A stretch of DNA of 60,346 nucleotides, counting the filler, from Hausera hauseri (taxonomy: Eukaryota), in NCBI GenBank assembly GCA_046269625.1. It is 10 parts of 10 records of this genome, joined end to end, with 100 filler letters (N's around TTAATTAATTAA, not from the genome) between each part and the next. Parts side by side here need not be neighbours in the genome. Positions count along the whole stretch, not along the records: positions 47,618 to 53,463 come from JBJURY010180417.1; positions 53,564 to 60,346 come from JBJURY010065662.1; 8 more parts are not named here. One strand, given 5' to 3'. This document shows, piece after piece, positions 51,285-60,346 of the stretch (position 1 is the first letter of the stretch; every line of letters starts with the position of its first letter). The notes under the pieces are model-generated. The model was not told the origin of the DNA. It did not search any database and was given only the letters and a program-made list of their open reading frames with translations. A program made the translations under genes and the position numbers.

Positions 51285-52989
51285 CATACGTCGGTTTTCC
51301 GCAAACCGAGTTCGTCACGTTGGTTTTCCGCAAGTGAAGCTATGAAAAAACTGCAGGAACTAGATGAAAATGATACAGGTGAATGTTCTGATTTTGAATC
51401 TACTGGATCAGTGGATAAAGGAAGTGTACTGATTCAAATAGTTCAAGTTCAGAACTGTCTCATGATGACGAAGAGTTTACAGCTCTTGGTAAAAGAATAT
51501 CATTACACCATCCGGCATTCGAATACACTATTCATTTACTTCAAAGCAGTTGTGTTCCTCTGGGTTCGTCTGCTTCGTTCAATGCTGCGAACATATCTTC
51601 AATTGTAGATCATCATGAGATCCGTAAATCTGGTGTAAAATGGAAGAACATCACAGGTTTGTCCACACCAACCAAAGCATCATCTCATAACGTTTTCTGC
51701 GCAAAAGTGGTCCAACTAATTTTGTCCCACCAAAAATAATAAAGGAATATAAAGTTAGTGTACTTAGCTGCCTTATTGATGAACTCTGTTTGAGAATGAT
51801 CAAAGTTTATACTGACGCTGAAGCAAGATGTCAGCTGAAATTGTGTTATATACGTGGAGTTACGGGATCAAAGAACTTGCCGTTAGGCAGCTTATGGTCA
51901 GAAGAGTGGGGGTTACCGATTTTTGCTCATTCCATGTCACGTGATCGCTTTACTCAAATAATGAAATTCATTAGGCTTGATTTAAAAACCATACGGTCTA
52001 AAAGATTACAACAGGATAAGTTCGCGTTGATCTCTGAGCTGTGGAATGAGTTTATAGATAACTGTCATCTTTGTTATGTGCCTTCAGAAGAGTTATTAGC
52101 AGATTAACAGTTACTACCCACAAAATACCATTGTCCATTTAGGCAATTCATGCCTAACAAGCCGGATAAGAACGGCATAAAGTTCTTCATGCTTGTAGAG
52201 GTTGATTCAAAATACCTCTGCAGTGGTCTTGCTTATATCAGAAAGCATGATCCTACCTTGGACAATAAGAATCTTTGAAGTCAAATAATACTTCGTTTGC
52301 TTCAGCCTAACATTTCCACAATTATGAAATGTAAGGAAGTTTTCTCTACAGTAGTTTTCCAATCAAATTCTGGTTGTGTGTTGACACTGTATAAATCATC
52401 TAAATCGAAAAATGTTACGTTGTTAAGTACAATTCATGGCAGCGTTGCTATTTCAGAAGGTACAAAGTGCAAACCTAGCACAATTTTGCATTATAACACC
52501 AATAAGTGTGGCCTAGATTGCCTTGATCAGATGACAAAGATATACAGCACAAAATCTGCTTGCAAACGGTGGCCTGTAGTTGTTTTCTACAATATCCTAG
52601 ACATTGCCGGTATCAACTCATGGATTTTGTTTAGAAAAGTGACAGGTGAAAACATTTCTCGTCGCAACTTTCTGTTGGATTTAGGTAAGCAGGTAACAGG
52701 TTAATAGTCTCAATTTCAACCAATGAGTGATATAATGAACGTTCCAATTTGCGACTGCGACAAGAACTCATCTAACCGAAAAACCTGCAAAGTCAAAGCG
52801 TGTCGCAATAAAAGTTCAGCATCCTGCAGAAGTTGCAAAGCTTGCATTTGCGGAAAACACTCCGTAAAGACTGTTTCGTGCCATCAGTGTAACGTTCGTT
52901 AATGGTTGGACAAGCGCTTCTTTAGAATTGACCTTAAGGTGTTTTTGTGTAGTTTGTATAAATTGATGGAGTCTGTTTTCTTTATCATA
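51285..52989 (+). mobile_element. piggyBac transposase pseudogene
   Basis: MSRDRF..IMKFIRLD, DKFALISELW, D*QLLPTK..CPFRQFMPNKPDK.GIK, YNTNKCGLD, RWPVVVFYNILD, C-terminal Cys-rich domain. Confidence 0.9.
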
Positions 52990-53263
52990 AGTAGGAGGAA
53001 AGAAGGACTTCTCGTCAACAACCCCCCAGGGAATGAAAAAAGCCAATGGGAGGAGAACACGTCTTAGAGGGAAGAAAGTGACCAATGGGAGTAGAGCACA
53101 TTGAGGAAAAGTAACCAATCAGGAAGAAAGGTGGCGCCAACTGGGTTTCACTATTCCCACCCCGAAACAAAGCATTCTGGCGCAGATTGGGTTTCACTAT
53201 TCCCACCCTTAATTGTGAAAAAAGGATGAGAAGGAAATCTGTACAAATATTTATTAAAATATA
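52990..53263. mobile_element. Polinton TIR (5'-AGTAGG terminus), related to 21420-21778
   Basis: Aligns with the reverse complement of 21420-21778; two copies of GGGTTTCACTATTCCCACCC. Confidence 0.85.
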
Positions 53264-53463
53264 TCAAATAGAATAATGTCCGTAAGCTACACTTTTGTTT
53301 TTATCAACCCAGTGTCGTTTATCGTCGAAGGGATCCAGTGCTTTCTTTTTTGAGGCAATAGTCATGAGCTGGTAGTTTTTACTATTAATTCGCTCCTGGT
53401 CTACCATAGTGCTGCAACCGGTTTCATACGCCTGCAAGTAGTTACTGAATTGTAAGTCTGTTT
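53264..53463 (-). CDS. polB: C-terminus of Polinton PolB
   Basis: QERINSKNYQLMTIASKKKALDPFDDKRHWVDKNKSVAYGHYSI*. Confidence 0.85.
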
Positions 53464-53914
53464 NNNNNNNNNNNNNNNNNNNNNNNNNNNNNNNNNNNNN
53501 NNNNNNNTTAATTAATTAANNNNNNNNNNNNNNNNNNNNNNNNNNNNNNNNNNNNNNNNNNNNTAGACTATTCTCAACGAGGAAATACGTAAAGTTTTTT
53601 CACCGTTTGACGATTAGAATGGTGTATGACAATGCAGGAAAGCTTTGGAAACAAAAAGACTTGAAGATTTTGGCGCGAAGGTATGTCATGAACATGTCAT
53701 ATACCTACAAGTCTTTGAATGTATCTGCTTCTTGATCACTCAGTTATTTATTTGGTCAGATTTATTTGACCTTCGTCTTCCACTGATTGATAAATATTAC
53801 CGATACCGTCGTAGAATAATGATTTGTATGTTGTATCGTCTGGATTTAGAGTATCTAGTATTTTGATATTGCGTTCGGATAAAAGAGATCGTTCTGTTGG
53901 AAATTGAATCATTG

Positions 53915-54097
53915 TGTCAAATCTCAAATAAGGATCTATAAATCTGTGTTTTTGTGGTCCTGATGAGATATTTTGGCACGATGAGATAAAAGCGGCAAAA
54001 GCGCATCAATTCGTCGCCAATTACAAAACAAATAGCAGCAAAGGAGAAAACAATAACAGTGCATTTACAGTTCCTTGTTGGGAACAACACCCCCCCG
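53915..54097 (-). repeat. Polypurine tract and probable 3' LTR of the Gypsy element
   Basis: On the minus strand a G-run is followed by TGTTG at ~54089, downstream of the integrase; far boundary uncertain. Confidence 0.4.
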
Positions 54098-54165
54098 ACA
54101 AGGTCTGAACTATAAAGATAAAAGGAAATACGAAGCCAATGCAAAAACGCAACAGTGTAGACTAA

Positions 54166-57100
54166 CTATGCGGTCTTCATGTGTACAAGACGTTGTATTC
54201 CTTCAGAATTTAGAACTTTACTGTAGGTACTAAGTGTGACAGATTTGCGATTTTTCGATGTCTTTGAATTATTTTGCAGAGGTGATTGGAGTAAAACAAT
54301 GTCGGGTTTTGTCGTTGAAGATGTTATGTCGTTTAGAGACGAAAAAGGAGCTGGAGGGGGAGATGTAGGAGAAGAGGAAGTAAAAAGTGGAAAGTTAATA
54401 GAAAGAGAGTTTGGAGTAGGTTCTGGTAAAGGAGTAGTTGAAGGGATCGGAATAGTAAGGGGTGTAAGAGTTGGAGGAACTAAAAGGGGAAATGGCGGGG
54501 GAGTCAGAAAGGGGCTAGATGATTCAATTTGGGGGATATTGTCTACAAAAAGGGCAGGCTTGACGTTACTGATATTTACCGCTAGATCCTTACCGTCTTT
54601 AGAAATAATGGCATTGTGGGAGTGCAATTGGACAAATATGTAAGGCTCCAAATACCGTGGCTGAAAACCTCACAGCATTTGATTTTTTAGCCAAACGAAT
54701 TTTACCGAATACAAGTCTTCAGGTAAATATATTTTGTCTTTGTGAAGTAACCTGCAGAATGAATCTTTACTGATTGTAACGAAGTGATTTTTCGCTGTCC
54801 GTATCGTTTCATCTGTAGGAGTGTCATCTGGGGCAGTAAGTTCGAATAATGATCGTACAGGAGCACCGAATAAGGCTTCAGTGGGTGAACAGCCAGTAAA
54901 AGTAGACGAAGTGTTCCACCAGCCAAGGAGAAAAAACGAAAGAAGATTTGTTTAACTAGTGTTGGACTCGGCAAGTATTTTTAGTTACGTTTTCAATGTT
55001 CGGTAGAAACGTTCTAAAAGGCCATTAGATTGGGGATGGTAAGGCGTAGTATGTATGTCATGGATCTCCAATCGTTTAACAAGGGATTTGAACAAATTGG
55101 ATTCAAACTGTGGACCCTGGTCCGCGATGATGAAGCGTGGTGATCCAAACCTGCTGATCCATGTGTGAATGAAAACGTCAGCTATGGTATCAGTGTTCGT
55201 GCTTCGCAGAGGGATGGCTTCTGGCCATCGCGAAGAAAGGTCCATCATGGTGAGAATAAATTGATGACCGTTATATGGAGGAAGAGGGCCAACGATGTCG
55301 ATATGCACGGACTCAAAACGCGATGTGCAGGGAAAGTGGAACAGTGGTGACTTTAAATGCTTAGTTGTTTTGTATTTTTGGCAAGCCACACATTCCTTAA
55401 CCCATGCATGCACATCAGAACGTATTGACGGCCATATTACTTGTCGATGGAGTAAACGAAAAGTGGCTTTATCACCAGAGTTGTGTAGCGAACGTACGCT
55501 ATTAAATGCTTGCCCTTGCAATGATGGTGCGAGAATTATTATGGAATGACCTGGTTTGGACGTGTCTAAAGCCACGCCGTCAACAACTGTGCACTACTTG
55601 GAAGAATTAAGCATGTCTTGAAATGGTTGGTTCTGTGAAGTTGAGCTTGCATAAAAATAGGTGAAAAATTAATCGAAGTAACAGACCTAGATAAAAAGTC
55701 CGCAACTAAATTATTAACCCAGTTAATATGTTTTATGTCGAAGTTAAATGTCGATAAGTATGATATCTGTCGTTCTTGGCTAGTGGAAGGATGTTTGATA
55801 GCCATGATGTTAAGTAAGGGCTTGTGATCGGTTTGTATAGTAAAATTGCAAGCGACAAGTAGGTGGGAGAAATGCTTTAAAGCGAGAACGATGGCAAATA
55901 ATTCTCGATCGAATGTTGAATATCTAGTTTCAGGGAATGTTAGCTTGCGAGAGAATAATTTTAGTGGTTGATTTTTTCCCTTGTAGATCTGGTGCAATAC
56001 AGCGCCTACTGCAGTGGTTGACGCGTCTGTAGTAAAGATGAGTTCTGCATCAGGCTTGGGGAAAGCGAAAATGTCGACGATCTTAATTCCTTCGCGTAGC
56101 TTATCAAACTTATTAATCAATTAAGGTGTCCACTGGATTGGCTGATGTTTTTTGCCGCCGCTTAAGTGTGAAAATGGTGCTGTCAATTCAGAGCAATATG
56201 GTACATATTTATGTACAAAGCGTAATGTACCAAGGAAGCTGCGCATTTCAGTGGTCGTACGTGGTAACTGCATATTTTTAAGGACTTCAACTCGGTCTGA
56301 TTGAGGAGAGTGGTTGTCTGGTGAAATAACGTGGCCAAAAAAGTTGACGCGCTTTTTGAAAAAATAACATTTGTCAAAATTGACTTGGAGAGTATTGTGG
56401 TTAAGGCGTTGGAATATTGCGCGAAGGTGTTTCTCCTGTTGGTTGGCCGAAGGCGAAACGATCAGAATATCATCAATGTAATGGTGTGCAAACTGGAAAT
56501 CTGAGAGAATCAAATCAATATGTGGCTGAAAGATCTCTGCAGCATTTTGCAAACCGAAAGGCATAAACAGATACTCGCAGAGGCCAAAAGGAGTAGTGAC
56601 AGCAGTTTCTTCTATGTCTTCGGCTGCCACCGGTATTTGGTGGTATGCTTTGGCCAAATCGATGATCGAATAAATGGTAATTGAATTTAGGCGGTGCAGG
56701 ATGTCTCTAATGAGTGGCAATAGGTACGCATCCATGATTGTCAAGTTTATCAACTGTCGGTAGTCACCGCATGGTCTAAAAGTACCGTCCTTTTTTGTAC
56801 GACCTGTAAAAATGACGACCAAGGAGATTTGGAACGGCGTACAATGCCAGAGCGTTCTAGTTCGAGAAATTCGGCTTCTACGGCCTGTCTACAAGGTGGT
56901 GACAATGGTCACACCTTTTGACGTATTGGTAATTGATGCTGTGTAATTATGTGATATACAGTGTTGTTTGTCTAGGTAAACGAACGATCTTTTTTAAGTA
57001 CGCGTGGACATGATGTGGTAAGGAATTTCTGTAAAGTTGTAGGCAACTGTGAGAGATTCGATGATGATGGTGCAACAGTTTGAGTAATAGCAGTTAAGTG

Positions 57101-57761
57101 GTATTTGGTGTAAGATGCTCGAATTGAAAATGGTTTTGGATAAAGTGATTTCGTCAAGTGAATGAACATTGGTGGCAGTACCACAATTATCGACATTGAA
57201 CCTCAATCGAATATCGATATTATTATTTAGAAATTTACAAAGTAAATTATTGTTATGGAAATTCGAATTCTTTATTGATTTTCCCAAAATTGACCTTTGT
57301 GTCGCGATCGAATGCACTGTAGTCGAAATGCTATTGACATGCTCAGCAACGCTGCCATTGATGCCGCTCCTCAGACATCGTTGACTGCAGTCAACCAATA
57401 AATTATAATGTGATAGAAAATCGAAACCTATAATTGCTGTCTGAACCTTAGCAACTGTGAACGTCCAGTGGAAAGGTAAAGGAAATTTTGGTAATATGAA
57501 AGATAATTTAGTCATGCTAGAAATGTATAGCGGTTAACCTGAAACGGTGTATAAGGGATTAATTCTAAATGGTGAATTTTGTACAGGGAAAGATTGTAGT
57601 AATAAGGAAATCGTTGCACCTGTATCAATGAGGAAATCAACGGATTGCGTTGTAGGAGCGGTGATTGCAGCCTTTAGAGTAAATACAGCAAAAGAGGCTT
57701 GTAGGCATTCAGAAAGTAAAGTAGTGCCTTTGCCAGAGTTTGCCGTGACTTCTGGTGGCAA
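54166..57761 (-). pseudogene. pol: Ty3/Gypsy pol (PR-RT-RNase H-IN)
   Basis: FLIDTGA; FRPCGDYRQL, DLAKAYHQIP, MPFGLQNA, YIDDILI; TTDAS, YSTFDREL, TDHKPL, ADFLSR; VHIDIVGPLP, DQGPQF, YHPQSNGLLERF. Confidence 0.95.
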
Positions 57762-57779
57762 ATTTAGTCTTTTTGAAAA

Positions 57780-58848
57780 GGTGAACTAGGACGACTATTA
57801 GAAGAAAATGTAGTGTGTCCCTCGTTTGTATCTGGTTTGAAAGTGAGCCTGGAATACACTTACGAGCTGGATTTTTGAACTTTGCGTGGTAAATACAAAC
57901 AACGGTGTCTGAAGAAAAACTTTTGTTGTAAAATTTACACCCTAGGCAGCATTTCTTGGCCTTATTATTGAATACGCTATGATAATAGCAGATTGACGAC
58001 TGCGCAGGCGATGGTGACAGGTTTCTAGATGCAGAATGGGCGCGCTCAGCAACAAAATTCCTTCGACGGGACAGGGAAAGCTTGTTTAATTTGTTGTTTA
58101 TATTGTTAATGGTTGCGTGTAGTGCGGTATTTTCAGAACGTAGCTCATTGAGTTGTTGTTCTATTGATATGTTATTGGATTAAATATCGTTAGGGGCAAC
58201 TTCCACCGAAACGACTGGTGGGGAATTTAAGTGTAGAATATCGTGTGTCTTGTCGGCTAATTCGGCCAATTTATCCAGGGCCGTGGAGTCCTTTACCACG
58301 GTAAGTAGGGCCCGAATTTGGATAGGTAACGCGTTAAGAAAGTAATGACGCAGTAGTTCGGGGTTGTGTTCTTTAGTAACGCCGAGACTGTGCAGATGTG
58401 CCAAAGACGTGCGTAAAAATTCTGATGGTCGTTGTGTGCCTATAGCATTGTCGTGGAAGAAGCGTTGTATAATGGTGTCCAATGAGGGTTCTGTGATTTT
58501 AAGAACAGAGTTGGAGAGCTGTGAGTATGGGTTAGGAAGTTCATAGATTTCAAGGATGTTGTGAATTCGTGTTTTAATGTTGTTAGAGAGTAAGAAGAGG
58601 CGATTGTGTGCCTTGATTAAGGGGTCGGTGATATTGTTTGCCTGTAGCCACCGTTGATGGAATTGCAACCAAGTTTTGCCGGAGCCTTGGTTGTCAGTGA
58701 AGAATTCGGGGCAATTATGGAAAGGAGCGGAAGAGTTAGTAGTTGAAGTATTATTAGTGGAAACAGGAGTGGATTTTTGAAGTAGTATGACAGATTTTGG
58801 TTTCGTGGTGGTTTTATCCGTGGTGTCTATGATTGGCGATGAATTCAT
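57780..58848 (-). pseudogene. gag: Gypsy gag (CsRn1-like, CHCC motifs)
   Basis: PEFF...W, IGTQRPSEFLR, FLNALP, LDKLAELADK; two C-x-Y-H-x2-F-x3-A-x2-C motifs at 57845-57990. Confidence 0.85.
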
Positions 58849-59354
58849 GCCACCACGGATGCGGAAGTGTATGTGGAAATGGATAAAAATTGAGCAAGGT
58901 TGCTGAGCCTTAACGAGAGGTACCGTGGAGCCGTGATGTATGAGGTAAAAGTCAGGTGAGCGAAGAAAAGTGGAGATGATTTTGTAGATAGTAGCAGGAT
59001 TAAATATGGTAATGTATTTGTGCGAATATGTTTATTATTTAAAAAAAAGGAAATACAGAGGTCGTGTAGCCGGGGGCGTGTCGTGGGGTGTCAGCGAGCG
59101 GTGCCACCTGACCCAGTGGCATATGGTGGGCGGCCGGGGCTTCAGCCTCGTCGCGATGGGTCGCCAATTTCGGGATAGCCGACTGCCCCACGGAAATAGT
59201 AGATTCAGGACAATTATAAGGTGGTTTTATATGGTAGGTTTCGAACTGCCGTCGAAGAACTTTTTATTCGGGTTTTTATTTTTTCACATCTCTGAAGCGG
59301 TTTTGAGGGCAGTGGTCGCATATTTAACATATTTTGACAGGCATTGACAATGTT

Positions 59355-60316
59355 TTAAGATACAGTGCTTGATGCTTTGATTTTTGCTGCCTTGGAGTTT
59401 CCAGCTATGTTAACGTCATACTGCGGCACAACTCTACTCTTCTGGACCTGGTCTAAATCTATAATAATGGGAGTGTTGTAAGATATGTAATTATTTCCAG
59501 TATTTAATAGCGTAATGGGTAAAACGTAAGAACTAAGATTATTATCCAGAATATTAAATTGATTGTAGAATGCTAGATAGACAGTTTGCGATGATAAAAC
59601 ACCATCTGGTAAAACGTAGTTAGAGGTAGCGATTTCTTTGTCTGCTGAATTTGTATACTGATTAATTTCATTATTTTCAGTCAAAACAAAAACACTTTTA
59701 CATAATTTGAAAAAAATGTAAATATGGGCTTTGAAATATTAAAAGAATTTTTAAAATTGGAACTGGGTCTAAACACCAATATCACCTTGTCCAAAACGCC
59801 AACATCCAAGTAACACAAAATAGCTGGAAAATTTTTCTGACACCATTTATTATTTCTTTCGTACGAGACTTTCAACGGATTGAGATACTTGATTGATTCT
59901 GGTAAGAAATAATACCCAAGCGGAATTTCCGCAACACATTCACATTTATTTCTGCTAGATAACACGTCATCTTTAACAATACGGTCAATTAGACTGATGT
60001 ATGTGTTCTTGTTCAACTTATACAAATCCGACAGTTGATCAGCATACGGATACCGGTTGACTGCTTTCAATCGACAATTAGTGAGAAAGGTCAATTGCCA
60101 GAGTTCGGCACTATAACGAAAGTCATCGATCCTATCCAGCATTTTTTTATGGTGATAAAGAAAAACAAAAAGCGCACAATTCATTATCGAATAGAATAAT
60201 TCTACTAATTCCTTGTTCGGTGTTTCGTAATTGCTGTAATCCTTTTTCAAATCTTTCTCAACCAAAAACGCATCGATGCCTATAATATAAACCATGATAT
60301 TTTCAAGAATAATATC
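59355..60316 (-). CDS. Spliced host gene of unknown function (exons 60316-59702 and 59657-59355)
   Basis: A 44-nt GT-AG intron at 59658-59701 joins ORFs 59681-60295 and 59355-59684 exactly in frame; upstream acceptor at 60317-60318. Confidence 0.6.
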
Positions 60317-60346
60317 CTGAGAACCAAATATAAATTTATTATTAAA

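Noticed and set aside
54236-54643. Gly-rich plus-strand ORF
   Set aside because: Antisense shadow of the Pro/Ser/Thr-rich tail of the Gypsy integrase

Overview
AT-rich eukaryotic (invertebrate-type) draft sequence made of ten short contigs joined by nine artificial 100-bp spacers (44 N + TTAATTAATTAA + 44 N), so adjacency across spacers is not biological evidence. The window is mostly decayed mobile DNA. (1) Pieces of Polinton/Maverick (adintovirus-like) elements: integrase, two tandem minor capsid (penton) genes, a small pVI/cupiennin-like protein, major capsid, adenain protease, protein-primed PolB and three AGTAG-type termini that share a repeated GTG(G/A)GAATAGTGAAACC motif. (2) Three divergent copies of an unusual retroelement family whose Gag (capsid + zinc knuckle) is followed by a charged/helical region and a ubiquitin-like domain. 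One copy has an LTR and PBS. In the longest copy this runs into a chuvirus-type fusion glycoprotein with no recognisable protease or RT in between; this is the most interesting signal. (3) A conventional CsRn1-like Gypsy element, two piggyBacs, Tc1, Tc3 and Tigger/pogo remnants. (4) A few host genes: an intronless minimal UBL-UBA (Rad23-like) gene and fragments with 41-44-nt introns. All family calls come from motifs recognised by eye; no database searches were run.
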